DNA of 61,327 nucleotides, filler included, from 6 parts of 6 records of this genome joined end to end with filler, not necessarily neighbours in it; one strand, 5' to 3'; positions 30,268 to 41,600 are shown, numbered from the whole stretch's first letter. The notes: generated by a model from the letters alone, not told the origin. Numbers and translations are program-made.

Positions 30268-30555
30268 ATGAAAAATAGTGGTTTATTCTTAGGAGGTATG
30301 TTTGCCGGGGCTTTGATGGGTGCTGCAACTGCTTTACTTTTTGCTCCACAAAATGGAACAGAAACACGCAAGCAACTTAGAGAAAAGCTTCATGAGCTTG
30401 AAAAAGAAATGAATGTGACTAAAGAGAAAATTAAAGTAAAAGGTGGTGAATTAAAAGATGAATTAAAAGCTAAAATTCACGACATTGAAGGTAAAATTGA
30501 AAGTTTGCTTGCTGAGTATAAAAAAACGTTGGAACCAACAAACAGCGCAAACTAA
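30268..30555 (+). CDS. YtxH domain protein
   Basis: FLGGMFAGALMGAATALLFAPQNGTETRKQL followed by a coiled coil. Confidence 0.9.
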   Translation: MKNSGLFLGGMFAGALMGAATALLFAPQNGTETRKQLREKLHELEKEMNVTKEKIKVKGGELKDELKAKIHDIEGKIESLLAEYKKTLEPTNSAN

Positions 30556-30575
30556 CTGAAACAAGTAGCTCTTTT

Positions 30576-30605
30576 ATCTATTAAATAAAAATCTATTAAA
30601 TAAAA
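30576..30605 (+). repeat. Tandem 15-bp direct duplication
   Basis: ATCTATTAAATAAAA occurs twice in tandem, downstream of ytxH. Confidence 0.8.
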
Positions 30606-30700
30606 GATGACATAAGTTTTTTAAACATTTTTTTGTTGCCCGTAACAAATTTCTTAAATTATATGAAAGTTGATACGGGTATTTTTTTATCGTTTTATTT

Positions 30701-31075
30701 ATGAGTAAAAGACATAGTATATCAGATGAGATTAATGAAGTTTCTAAGGAAGTTGAATCTTATATTCAAAACCGAATAGATTTAACCAAGTTACAAATTG
30801 CAGAAGACTTAAGTCGTTTTGTTTCTGCTGTTGCCATACGATTGGTGCTTTTTTATATCGCATTTTTTGTTTTATTGTTTATATCAACAGCTGCTGCATA
30901 TGCAATAGGCTCTTATCTTGAAAGCATTGTACTTGGTTTTATCATCATTGCGGGTTTTTACTTTATTATAGGTCTTGTTTTTTATTTACTCAAAGGAGTT
31001 CTCGTGCGAACTCCAATTATCAAGTCATTTGTTCACATGTTTTTTCCTAGCTATAATAATTATGACAAAAAGTAG
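30701..31075 (+). CDS. Phage-holin-like (YqjE/Phage_holin_3_6 family) membrane protein
   Basis: YIQNRIDLTKLQIAE followed by two TM helices. Confidence 0.75.
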   Translation: MSKRHSISDEINEVSKEVESYIQNRIDLTKLQIAEDLSRFVSAVAIRLVLFYIAFFVLLFISTAAAYAIGSYLESIVLGFIIIAGFYFIIGLVFYLLKGVLVRTPIIKSFVHMFFPSYNNYDKK

Positions 31076-31340
31076 ATACGCACATATTAAACGCTTTTCT
31101 GATTTTAAACAAGAAAAAGTCAGATTATATTATGAAATTAAGTTAACTGAAAACAAACTTAAGCTGAAGCAACTTGAATTTAAAGAAGCCCTGAATCCAA
31201 TTCGCTTTATTAGCTCTATACTTCAGGAAATATGGAGACCTTTACTTGAATATTTTAAGTCATTTTTGGTTGGACACTTTAGAAAAAAGACTGCTTCAAA
31301 TGAGCAGAATGTAGAAAATAAAAAATCCTCTGATTCATAA
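31062..31340 (+). CDS. Small hypothetical protein, coupled to the holin-like gene
   Basis: MTKSRYAHIKRFSDFKQEKVRLYYEIKLTENKLK; start overlaps the upstream gene's end. Confidence 0.65.
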   Translation: MTKSRYAHIKRFSDFKQEKVRLYYEIKLTENKLKLKQLEFKEALNPIRFISSILQEIWRPLLEYFKSFLVGHFRKKTASNEQNVENKKSSDS

Positions 31341-31352
31341 GACTCAGAGGAT
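31323..31352. terminator. Hairpin between convergent genes
   Basis: AATCCTCTGA-ttcataagac-TCAGAGGATT. Confidence 0.6.
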
Positions 31353-31383
31353 TATATTTTTGTAGAATTTGATACTTATTTAT

Positions 31384-32478
31384 TTAACGAACAAACTGCA
31401 TACCTCTGGCCTTCTCTCCCAGTTCTATTCCTGAGTATTCACTTGTATAGCCATAAATATTAAAAATATACAATGTACTATTACTACCTTCAGCTCCATC
31501 TTGAATACAATACAATTCACCGGTATATTTATTTACCTTAATGGCATCATAATTGATATTTTTATACTGATCATCACTTATAAACCTTTCTTCAGGTAGT
31601 TCATTAGCGCTTATATCCATTTTAAAAACGCCATTATAGACAAAGTAAACATGAAGGCCGTTATAAGAACGAGCCAACTTATATTTACCTGTTCCAACGA
31701 AAGACTCCTCAAATGGAAATACTTGCACATCATGAGATCCATAAGCTATTTTAGCGATACCTGAATAATTACCATTAACACCAGTACACAAAACCCAGAT
31801 ATTCTGATAGGCATCAATTATCATCTCTTCAGGAGTTTTTAACTTCTCAATGTTACCTTCAACAATTTGCTCTAATGCAATTGTATCTATTACTTCTTTA
31901 GTTGTAACGTCAATAACCATAACTGAAGAATCTGTGTAATTCTCTGAACCAGTATTCATCACAAAAGCTTTTTTTCCTCTGCTATAGGCGATGCGTGTTG
32001 GATTTTTACCAACAGGTAAAGTTGTTTGACTTTCCAGGTTATCGCCTTCCAATATAACAACTGATCCAGATTCAGATTCATTATTGCTTTTTTGTATGGC
32101 ATAAACAAAAGCGTCTGAAACAGTTTGGATTTCAACTAAATTATTAAAACCATCAATCGTATTTTCTAAAGTAAAAGTTTCTGCATTTATCAGTTGAATC
32201 GATTGCGATCCATTAACCTCATTAAGCACATAAACTTTACTACCTATAAAAGACATATCTAAAAGCTCTCCCTCTAATTCCGATCCATTAACCACCTTAA
32301 ACAAATCTGCGGTAAGCTCATAACTATTACTTTCGTCAATAAAACTAATGGAACCTTCATTTTTAATAAAAGCGCCCTGATAAGTACTTTCTGCAATAAT
32401 TGCTGGGTATTCCTTATCACAGGAAACCAAACTTAATATTACAGTAATCATAATTGAGATGTGTGATATCTTTTTCAT
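31384..32478 (-). CDS. BtuG/DUF5074/YncE-like beta-propeller lipoprotein
   Basis: Lipobox LVSC, EGSISFI...DLFKVVNGSELEG, PVGKNPTRIA; lies downstream of btuB. Confidence 0.75.
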   Translation of the reverse strand: MKKISHISIMITVILSLVSCDKEYPAIIAESTYQGAFIKNEGSISFIDESNSYELTADLFKVVNGSELEGELLDMSFIGSKVYVLNEVNGSQSIQLINAETFTLENTIDGFNNLVEIQTVSDAFVYAIQKSNNESESGSVVILEGDNLESQTTLPVGKNPTRIAYSRGKKAFVMNTGSENYTDSSVMVIDVTTKEVIDTIALEQIVEGNIEKLKTPEEMIIDAYQNIWVLCTGVNGNYSGIAKIAYGSHDVQVFPFEESFVGTGKYKLARSYNGLHVYFVYNGVFKMDISANELPEERFISDDQYKNINYDAIKVNKYTGELYCIQDGAEGSNSTLYIFNIYGYTSEYSGIELGEKARGMQFVR

Positions 32479-32508
32479 TTAATTACTCTATTTCTATAAT
32501 TTTACCTG

Positions 32509-32516
32509 CAAATATA
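32509..32516 (-). promoter_or_regulatory. Bacteroidota -7 promoter element for the second BtuG-like gene
   Basis: TATATTTG (TAnnTTTG), about 30 nt upstream of the ATG at 32478. Confidence 0.55.
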
Positions 32517-32579
32517 AGATTTCGATTATAAAAAAGTGATTTAATAATATTTATAATACAATTATTGATTAGGTAAAAT

Positions 32580-32604
32580 AAAAAAGAGGCACTCAGGCCT
32601 CTTT
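32580..32604 (-). terminator. Rho-independent terminator after the PKD/BtuG-like gene
   Basis: Minus strand AAAGAGGC-ctgagt-GCCTCTTTTTT. Confidence 0.7.
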
Positions 32605-32632
32605 AAACAATTAAATAATTACAATTAGTATT

Positions 32633-33943
32633 TTACTTGACACTAAACATCATTGACGGAGCAATTCCTGCTCCTAATTCTTTAACAAAAGTACCATCTT
32701 CTTGATAAACCAAAACTTTACCAGCCTGACTAGAGCTTGGTGATACAAAACAATATACATTACCCGTAATAGAATTTACAGACACTCCATTTAATCCAGC
32801 AACATCTTCTACAAAATTATTTGTTTCAAAAGTTTTCGTTGCTACATCAAATACTGCTACTGCTCCTGTTAAGTTCCAGTTGGCATCATACGCTGATGTT
32901 ACTAAATAAAGTTTAGAGAAATCATTATTAGGCTCTAATATATTAACATAAGATGAAGTTATTCCGCTCTTTTGATAAGTAGTTAGTTCGTCTGTAATAG
33001 TATTAATATATCCCAATCCATCTTGAGTTGACGGATCGCTATATGTACTTACAAAAGTTACGTATAGGTTCTCATTAGCATCTTTTAAGAAATAAGAAGA
33101 AACAGCAGGAGCATCAATGTAAGAGATAATTTCACTAGATAAATCAATTACAGCAATCTTATTGTCATAATTAAGTGCAGCATATAATTTACCATTTGCA
33201 ACAGCTAAACCTTCAGGTCCTCCAGGAAGAGCAATCTTACTAACAACTTCTTCTGTATTTAAATCAATTTTAGCAATATAAGAAAGAGATTCATCAGACC
33301 ATATATTTCCACCCCAGCAAGACACATATAAATAATCACCATCCCCAACACAATATCGAGGTTTAATAATTCCATCCGTAATTCCATTCTTAGTTTGCTT
33401 AAAACTTGTTTCATCGACATAATAAACTTGATCTACATTATTACCCATGAAGAAAACTTTACCATTATAGTTATAAGCGTACTGAGCATTTGAAATCATG
33501 TTCGTAGCATTGATAGTTGTATAGTATCCATTCGTAATTTCATCTGTAATTTTATCATATAATGAAATAGTTGTTTTTTCTCCTGAATAACCACCATAGT
33601 TTACTAGGTAAGCAAACTCACTTACTATAATCTCTTTTTCAACAGAATCTTTTACTCCTTCTGATTCGACGACTAATTTTACGGTGTATTTGCCACCTTC
33701 AGTATAAGCATAATCTGGATTTTCATCTGTTGATGTATTACCATCACCGAAACTCCATAAGTGAGAAGTTGAGTTCAGAGAGTAGTTGGTAAATGAGATT
33801 GTTTCATTGATAGAAACAGCATTAGAAGAAACCTCGAATTGAGCTTTCACCTCTGGTTGTTTCTCTTCTTCATCTTCACATGCTGTGAAAACTAAAACTA
33901 AAGCCATAGAGGCCATTAGTAACTTATAAAAGTAATTTTTCAT
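32633..33943 (-). CDS. Lipoprotein with PKD domain and BtuG/DUF5074-like beta-propeller
   Basis: Lipobox FTAC; PKD motif WSFGDGNTSTDENPDYAYTEGGKYTVKL; KPRYC, LYVSCWG, GPEGLAVANGKLY. Confidence 0.8.
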   Translation of the reverse strand: MKNYFYKLLMASMALVLVFTACEDEEEKQPEVKAQFEVSSNAVSINETISFTNYSLNSTSHLWSFGDGNTSTDENPDYAYTEGGKYTVKLVVESEGVKDSVEKEIIVSEFAYLVNYGGYSGEKTTISLYDKITDEITNGYYTTINATNMISNAQYAYNYNGKVFFMGNNVDQVYYVDETSFKQTKNGITDGIIKPRYCVGDGDYLYVSCWGGNIWSDESLSYIAKIDLNTEEVVSKIALPGGPEGLAVANGKLYAALNYDNKIAVIDLSSEIISYIDAPAVSSYFLKDANENLYVTFVSTYSDPSTQDGLGYINTITDELTTYQKSGITSSYVNILEPNNDFSKLYLVTSAYDANWNLTGAVAVFDVATKTFETNNFVEDVAGLNGVSVNSITGNVYCFVSPSSSQAGKVLVYQEDGTFVKELGAGIAPSMMFSVK

Positions 33944-33966
33944 TTTAAATGTATTATTTATTGAAT

Positions 33967-35925
33967 TTATTTAAAATTGTATGTAACGCTTAATCTCCAA
34001 TTTATTCCAGGCATAGGATATCCCATAGTGGATTGATAATCTTTATTAAAAATATTATTTAGGGATGCTATAAATCGAAATGAGTTTCCTGACTTTAACT
34101 TATGGCTATATTTCATATATGAATTAAACAATACCAAGTTTGGTAGTTTTTTAACTTTATCGAGAACATCTTCCTCTAAATAATAAAGTTCATGCGTATA
34201 ATTAACATCTAGTCCAATATCAACTTTTTTATAACATCCATTAAAAAACAACACACCTCGATGCAGTGGAACATATTCCAATTGCCTTTTTTTATCGACT
34301 TCTCCATCTAAGACTTTATTATTTTCCTCTTTTCTTACTGCAGGATTATATGTATAATTTATCCCTGATTTAATCACATATTCTCCTAATCTCTTCTCCC
34401 AATCCGTTTGTAATTCTAGACCTTTACTTTCTACTTTCAATACATTTTGAGCTTTCGAAACACCATTACCAGATACCCATAACAACCAATTTTCTACTCT
34501 TAATAAAAAAGCATTAACTTGAAAAGTTCCCTTAAAACTATCGCCATAATAACTAAACTTACTTCCTAATTCATAGTTCGTACCTCTTTCTGGCTTTAAA
34601 TCTGGATTTCCCCCTGGTATCCAATAACGATCATTAAATGTTGGAATTCTGTAACTTTTAGAAATATTCCCAGTTACTTTAACACCGACAAATTGACTTG
34701 AAAATAAACTATAAGAAAATCCTATTGAAGGTGTTATCGGTGCTTCAAAGTCTGTTACATATGCTTGACGCATATTAATAGTTACCAATAATTGTTTTAC
34801 TAAATAATGATAATAAGACAAATAGTTATCCACCCAGTCTTCTCTTAAAAGCTCACTATTGTATGCATGCACATCTGGGAAAATAGATTTATATTTAATT
34901 CCTATTTTACATCCATTTAAAGAAGAAAATTTATAATTACCTTCTAAAGTTCCAATAATTCTTTGGGTAGAAATTTCTTGGGCAGTATGGTCAAAAATAG
35001 AATTATCATATACATATCCTCCGCCCAACGTATATTTAAACCTTTTCTTTTTGTTATTATATTCTACCCAGACTCTTACATGTTTATCTTCAAGTGTTTC
35101 AATAAACTTAGGTTGAAAAGCATTAGTTTGAGCATTATGTTGAATTTGATGCCAATCTTGTTCTAACCAAATTTTCAGTTTGAATATTTTTTGAGAACTG
35201 AACTTACAATTAACCTCCTGAATTAAACCTTTATTTTCAATAGCTGCATTATGCTGTCTATCCTCGCCAAATATTCTTGATTCCTTTTCAAAATCAGGCG
35301 TATTATTAAAAAATGGAAAATCATTTTTCTTGGCATAAAAATATGCTCTGGTAACACCTTCCCACTTACCATCTCCATAAAATAACTTAGTACCATATAA
35401 CTGTTCTCCAAAAGAACCATGAGCAATTCTTGCCTCGCCTTCTATCCCTTTTTTCCATCTACTATCTAACCCTAAAAAAATTGCTCCGCCGATACTACCA
35501 GAACCATTTTCAACAGAGGAACTTCCATATTGCAATTTAATCTTATCAAATAAATACATGGGAACATTACTAACATTAGAGTGTCCTAAGGTTAATGAGT
35601 TAATATTAATTCCTCCAAAATTAATACTTGTGTGATCCGGCGAGGTTCCTCTCATACGTATGGTTCCTAAAGATCCAGCCATACTTTTTACATATATTGG
35701 CGTATACCTAAGCAGTACCTGTTCTAAGTTTCCATCCTGCATTGTTTCTAGTTGTTCGAAACTAATGGTTTCAACCTTAGAGCCAGTCTGATAACGGTTT
35801 ATACTTTTCCCATTAACGACTACTTCTTCAATATCTACCGTATCTTTTCTCATATCCTGAGCTGAAACAGAGATATAGGAAACAAACCACAAAAATCCCA
35901 CTAAACACAACACTACCTTATTCAT
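33967..35925 (-). CDS. btuB: TonB-dependent receptor, probable cobalamin importer
   Basis: DTVDIEEVVV, IRMRGT, SGSIGGAI plug; YRIPTFNDRYW..GGNPDLKPE; NNIFNKDY..YPMPGINW; C-terminal YNFK; lies under a cobalamin riboswitch. Confidence 0.85.
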   Translation of the reverse strand: MNKVVLCLVGFLWFVSYISVSAQDMRKDTVDIEEVVVNGKSINRYQTGSKVETISFEQLETMQDGNLEQVLLRYTPIYVKSMAGSLGTIRMRGTSPDHTSINFGGININSLTLGHSNVSNVPMYLFDKIKLQYGSSSVENGSGSIGGAIFLGLDSRWKKGIEGEARIAHGSFGEQLYGTKLFYGDGKWEGVTRAYFYAKKNDFPFFNNTPDFEKESRIFGEDRQHNAAIENKGLIQEVNCKFSSQKIFKLKIWLEQDWHQIQHNAQTNAFQPKFIETLEDKHVRVWVEYNNKKKRFKYTLGGGYVYDNSIFDHTAQEISTQRIIGTLEGNYKFSSLNGCKIGIKYKSIFPDVHAYNSELLREDWVDNYLSYYHYLVKQLLVTINMRQAYVTDFEAPITPSIGFSYSLFSSQFVGVKVTGNISKSYRIPTFNDRYWIPGGNPDLKPERGTNYELGSKFSYYGDSFKGTFQVNAFLLRVENWLLWVSGNGVSKAQNVLKVESKGLELQTDWEKRLGEYVIKSGINYTYNPAVRKEENNKVLDGEVDKKRQLEYVPLHRGVLFFNGCYKKVDIGLDVNYTHELYYLEEDVLDKVKKLPNLVLFNSYMKYSHKLKSGNSFRFIASLNNIFNKDYQSTMGYPMPGINWRLSVTYNFK

Positions 35926-36036
35926 TTCTGCACCAATTCGTTATAAAAAGTATTGCTCTATGAAAACGGATGATAAAACAAAGGAAATACCTAAGCCATG
36001 TATTTATTCCGAATACCATGAACAATGAATAATAAA

Positions 36037-36226
36037 CTGGCAGGTCTTCTGACTCATTTCGACTTCCTATCGCCTTCCCGTATATACAGTGGCTTGTTTG
36101 ATAAAAAGCATACTATCCAATTGTATTGGATCGAAACTTACAGCAGCGGAAACTGTTGCCGACTCTCACGGCATTCCCTCTTAAGATAATTAACTCTGAA
36201 TAAAGCTAATTATACCAATTCGGCCA
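36037..36226 (-). ncRNA. Cobalamin (B12) riboswitch
   Basis: Minus strand carries AAGAGGGAATGCCGTGAGAGTCGGCAACAGTTTCCGCTGCTGTAAG, GCCACTG...GGGAAGGC and the B12 box GAGTCAGAAGACCTGCC, upstream of the TonB receptor. Confidence 0.95.
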
Positions 36227-36234
36227 CAAAAGTA
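36227..36234 (-). promoter_or_regulatory. Bacteroidota -7 promoter element for the riboswitch/btu transcript
   Basis: TACTTTTG (TAnnTTTG) immediately 5' of the riboswitch. Confidence 0.6.
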
Positions 36235-36264
36235 TAAATTAAAATCAAGTAAAAAAATCTTTAG

Positions 36265-36782
<518 letters not shown>

Positions 36783-36882
36783 NNNNNNNNNNNNNNNNNN
36801 NNNNNNNNNNNNNNNNNNNNNNNNNNTTAATTAATTAANNNNNNNNNNNNNNNNNNNNNNNNNNNNNNNNNNNNNNNNNNNN
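36783..36882. other. Artificial contig spacer
   Basis: N run with central TTAATTAATTAA. Confidence 0.99.
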
Positions 36883-36884
36883 AT

Positions 36885-37262
36885 AAAACTTTACCGTCAG
36901 TAACTTTCTATTTTACTAAATTTGTTAGCGGAAGAATAAACGACCTGTACACCAGACCATTTGAATTTACACCAGAGTTTCTTGTGTTTTATAACGAACA
37001 GTTTTTTATGAGTCGTTTGTGTGTTACCAACCAAACTAAAAAAAGAACGCTGGGAGGCTTTATTCAAAATGATTATACAAATAATATCCATTTTATGGGT
37101 GTCTCTCTTGGCTTCGCAAAGAATTATTGGAATTTAAATTTAAACACCGGCGTTGGCATACGCGGGTTATCTGACCCTAATGCTGTTATTGCCGATATTT
37201 CTTTAAAAATTAAGGTTCCATCCATCCATTACTCAAAAATAAATCCATGGGCACCTAAATAA
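36885..37262 (+). CDS. 3' part of a hypothetical, possibly beta-barrel, protein
   Basis: Frame is open from the contig edge to TAA 37262; alternating beta-strand-like segments (GVSLGFAKNYWNLNLNTG). Confidence 0.5.
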   Translation, partial: KTLPSVTFYFTKFVSGRINDLYTRPFEFTPEFLVFYNEQFFMSRLCVTNQTKKRTLGGFIQNDYTNNIHFMGVSLGFAKNYWNLNLNTGVGIRGLSDPNAVIADISLKIKVPSIHYSKINPWAPK

Positions 37263-37314
37263 ACAATTATGATTTTGTATTTTAAGCGCCAATTATCACA
37301 CCGGTAAAGCTTAA

Positions 37315-38295
37315 ATGAACGTAAAACATGTGTTATTACTTTTCTTTCTGGTACCTTATGCTGCCTTAGCTCAGGATATGGAGTATTCGCAGTTTTTTGC
37401 TAATCCACTTCATTTAAATCCGGCTTTTGCAGGAACAACGGAGCTTCCTCGTGTTGTGGTTAATTACAGAAACCAATGGCCTCAAAAAAGCACCTCATAT
37501 ACAACTTACTCCTTATCGTATGATTTTTTATTGAAAAAAAGAAATGCCGGACTAGGTATTCAACTTTACCACGATCGTGAACCTAATAATGTAATATCAA
37601 CAAGCCAGGCGAATTTTTCATATGCCTACCATTTGCAATTGGGCATTGAAGGTTTTATGACACTTGGTTTAAGCGGAGGCATGACAATTAAGCAGTTTGA
37701 TACTAATTCTTTGGTTTTTCCTTCCGACATAGACCAACTCTCTGGTGATATTACCGGGACATCGGGCAAAGATATTGATGAAATCAATAAAACTTATCCC
37801 GATTTTGCTTTTGGAGCCGTTGGTCAGCACCGGCAAGTTTTCTGGGGTGCAAGTATAGATCATTTATCCCGGCCGGACGTTTCTATTATTGAAGGAGACA
37901 ATAAAGGCAGGCTTCCAATGAAGTATACCTTACATATGGGAGCACGTTTACATAAATATCACCATGCCCTTCTATCCCGAAGATTTACTTTCTCGCCCAA
38001 TATTTTATTTCAAAAACAAGGTTCATTTAAACAATTAAACCTGGGATTATACATGATCGAAAAGTCAGTATTACTTGGAGCATGGTTTAGAAATAATATT
38101 GACTCACGTCCGGATGCAATTATTGCTTTGGTGGGTTTTGCCAAAGAAAGGTTTCAGTTTGGATACAGCTTTGATTATACCCTATCAAAGCTTTCAAACT
38201 ACAGTCATGGGTCACACGAATTTTCTCTTACTTTTTTTATAGGAAATAAGGAGGGCGCAACTTTCAGAAATAAACTTCTGATTCCGATGCTTTAA
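37315..38295 (+). CDS. PorP/SprF family type IX secretion membrane protein
   Basis: AQDMEYSQFFANPLHLNPAFAG, NYRNQWP, SYAYHLQL, FGYSFDYTLSKL, GSHEFSL. Confidence 0.93.
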   Translation: MNVKHVLLLFFLVPYAALAQDMEYSQFFANPLHLNPAFAGTTELPRVVVNYRNQWPQKSTSYTTYSLSYDFLLKKRNAGLGIQLYHDREPNNVISTSQANFSYAYHLQLGIEGFMTLGLSGGMTIKQFDTNSLVFPSDIDQLSGDITGTSGKDIDEINKTYPDFAFGAVGQHRQVFWGASIDHLSRPDVSIIEGDNKGRLPMKYTLHMGARLHKYHHALLSRRFTFSPNILFQKQGSFKQLNLGLYMIEKSVLLGAWFRNNIDSRPDAIIALVGFAKERFQFGYSFDYTLSKLSNYSHGSHEFSLTFFIGNKEGATFRNKLLIPML

Positions 38296-38305
38296 GGATC
38301 GTTAG

Positions 38306-38452
38306 CTATTTGTCTTTCTCAGCCACTTCCCAAGGCACGATAAAGTGCTGCTCGGCAACTTTTCGTTTCTTTTGTTTTTTTATGGGATAATATTCCATAA
38401 AAACAGGATAACCCTTCTTCTCCTTCAAATCCTTTTGAATTTTCCTCTTCAT
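38306..38452 (-). CDS. Putative 48-aa basic small protein
   Basis: My translation: MKRKIQKDLKEKKGYPVFMEYYPIKKQKKRKVAEQHFIVPWEVAEKDK*. It fills part of an otherwise empty gap and is below the ORF-track cutoff. Confidence 0.35.
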   Translation of the reverse strand: MKRKIQKDLKEKKGYPVFMEYYPIKKQKKRKVAEQHFIVPWEVAEKDK

Positions 38453-38609
38453 CACGCAATAGCTTTAACAGTTAGTCTTAAATGTTAGTAGAAAAAAATA
38501 GCATGTCATTAAAACATGCTGAAAACATTGTATCAATCAACGAGTTATAATATACAACATTTTATGACGAAAGTCAATGTTTTTAACACTTTTTAGATTC
38601 AGGAATGAC

Positions 38610-41600
38610 TTAAAAAAGAAGAGTAACAGAGCCTTTTTGTTTATGTATTTTTCCTCTAAAATCCTTATACTGAAGCACCCAGGCGTAAACCCCCGCAGGA
38701 GCATAATTTCCGTTAAGCATTTTACCAGTCCAACCGACTGTTTGACTTCTTGATTCAAAAATTTCTTCCCCCCAACGGTTAAAAATCAGTAGCTGATAAC
38801 CTTCATCTGCCACTCCTTCGGAATAGATACGAAACTCCCGATCTTCTTCCAGAGTTGCATTAGGCGAGAATGCATTAGGAGGAAATAATTGATCAAAAGC
38901 TACGGCAACCTGATGAGATATCGTATCAGAACAACCCCGGTAATTATATGCTTCCAGTAAAACAGTATAGAATCCCATTTGTGAATAAACATGAACTGGA
39001 TTTTTTTCATCAGACAAAGGTGAGGAATTGCCAAAATCCCATTCGTATTCCGTTGCACCAACACTTTGATTCTCAAAACTTATATCCGGTTCACTTATTA
39101 ATACCACTTCAGGTATCGGTGTAAAATTTGCATCTGGTACCGGATAGGTTTCAATAGCCTCAGCATGTACCATCGTATCGCTGCAACCAGTTAAGGATGA
39201 GTTTGCTGTAAACAAAAGAATATATTTTGTTTCAGGAACCGAAAAAATATGTTCCGTCATATCTCCATTACCGGTAGTTCCATCACCTAAATCATAATAA
39301 AATGAGACTACATCAACCGAATCAAGCAAAACTGCTTTTGCCGATACAACAAGTGGTGGACAACCTTCAGTAGTATCTACTTTTACTTCGAAAAGCGGCT
39401 TACGTTTCCAGTTTTTAGAAAAGTAATCTGCCCTGCAACCGTATTGAGAAACCACCTGAAGACCTATTTCTGCAGTTGGCGAGGAGTATCGGTTAATCTT
39501 TAAAGGACCTTTATTCAGTCCCGGATTTACCAGAATCTCATCCGGCAAAAAAACATCCAGGTTCCATTTAAATGTATCACTACCTTTTGCAGATCCTGTA
39601 TACCAGATCTCCATTTCTGCATCGTTGCAATCAGCTTCGTTAAAAGAAAAATCAACCGTAGGTATTGGATGAACAACAACAGTATCATACAACGTGCCGG
39701 TATTCATACAATCTTCGGTTGACACAACCGTTAACGACACATCAAAGGACAAATCATCAGTGCATGAATTAACATAGGCGTGTTCCGGCTGTTGTGATGT
39801 TGTCGTTTCTCCGTCACCAAAATCCCATAAGTACGATTTAATCTTTTCAATATCTTTATTCCCAAATTTTACGTTTAATGGTGAACAACCCTCATTATTC
39901 TCCTTCACCCAAAAATTCATTGCAGGAATTACTGTTACGCTCTCGGCAAGTGAGTCAATACACCCCTGTTCATTCACTTTCAATCCAACCGAACGACTAC
40001 TTTCACCGTACCCGAGAGGAATTATAATACTGTCCAAACCCACCTCAGACCGAAAAACGTCATCATTATAATACCAGGTAAATTCGCTTTCTTCTACCGT
40101 TGTGCCGATAAAAACAAGCTCAAGATTGTACCCCTGACATTTTTCTTCATCCAAATCAAATTGGGCTTTGGGCTGATTATGAAATTCCATCATCAATGTA
40201 TCCTGAAATGAGCACCCGTAAGGATCTTCCATTTCCAGCTCGAAAAGATAAGCACCGTACTCGCTTACTTCAACCTTTGGATTCAACGAAGTTGGATCAC
40301 TTACAGTAACTTTCGCTGGATCAAGTGCTTTCAAAGTAGTATTGGCACTCCCCTGAATAAAAGCAATTTTTATTGTTTTTGTTTTACTACCACAAACCAG
40401 CGATTCCAGTTTTGCAGTATCCATAATGGGCTTAACGCTCCATTTTACTTCTACAGTATCGATGGTTGCGCATCCTAACGAATCGGTAAGCTCTACCCAA
40501 TACTTTCCTGCTTCTACAACAGTTATTTCACTACTGGTTGAATCATTGCTCCACAGATAAGTTTCATGTATTCCGGGAGAAAGGACAACAGAATCCCCGG
40601 CACATACAACTTCTTCGCCATCCTCGTCAAGCAAACTTTCGGGTAAAGTATTAACGCTAACTTTAAAATAGGCCGTATCAATACAGGTTCCTAATTTACC
40701 AATTGCTCTGTATATCGTTTCACTTGTGGGACGAACAACCGGATTTGAAGAATTCAGATTGAGCATATTATCAACCGGAGACCAACTGTAATCATAAACA
40801 TCCTCGGCATTTACATTTAACTCCAGACTTTCTCCTTCGCAGATGTAATATTCTCTTTTATCCGAAAAAGCAATCTTACTAACTTCGATGGTTGCAGTTG
40901 CTGAAAGGTTTAGTTTCGTATTCTCTAATCCCCCAAACTCTACTATAAATCCCTGCGGGAAATAATAACCGGTGGGCATGTCTTTATCTCCTTCATTAGA
41001 CAAATCATTCCAGGATTTTTGTACAGAAGTTGGATCGGCATTAATATGGGCATAATCTTCATCATCGCCCCAGGTTTTAACTACATTGTTGGGCTCTCCA
41101 GTATTCCAATTGGAGTAACGTCTGTTCACCTTATAACCACTCCAGTGTGTTCCTTGCCAAAAATGCGTTCCAGCTTCGGGGCCTGTTACCCAGGTCCAGC
41201 GCCCTTCTGTTAAAGAGTCGTTAGCACCAATCCACCCTACCCCTTCAATTTTTGTCCAAATAAAATCATTCTCTTCTTTCGAAGTAATCGTAGCCAGGTA
41301 GCCTTGTAATCCATAATATTCCATAGCAGCCGCTTTGTCACGTGCGGCAGTCCACGTTATTCCTCTTTGGCTAATATACCGGTAGAAATGATCTGTTTTA
41401 GGCAAGTAATCGGCATCTAATAAAGTTATTGAAAACGAGCGAACGCCCAGTGTTGGCACCTCTGCAATGTTCTTATAATATACATCCGAAATCGCATCCT
41501 CATATTCCTTATCCGTTCCAATTCCAACAATCTCAAGCTGCCCCTTAGCTTCGTCCCAATTGTAACTAAACTGGTTGTGTTCTTTCCATACCAAAAGATC

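Noticed and set aside
30701-31075. Prophage suggested by the holin-like gene and nearby tRNA
   Set aside because: No integrase, lysin or structural genes; this holin-like family is routinely chromosomal next to YtxH.
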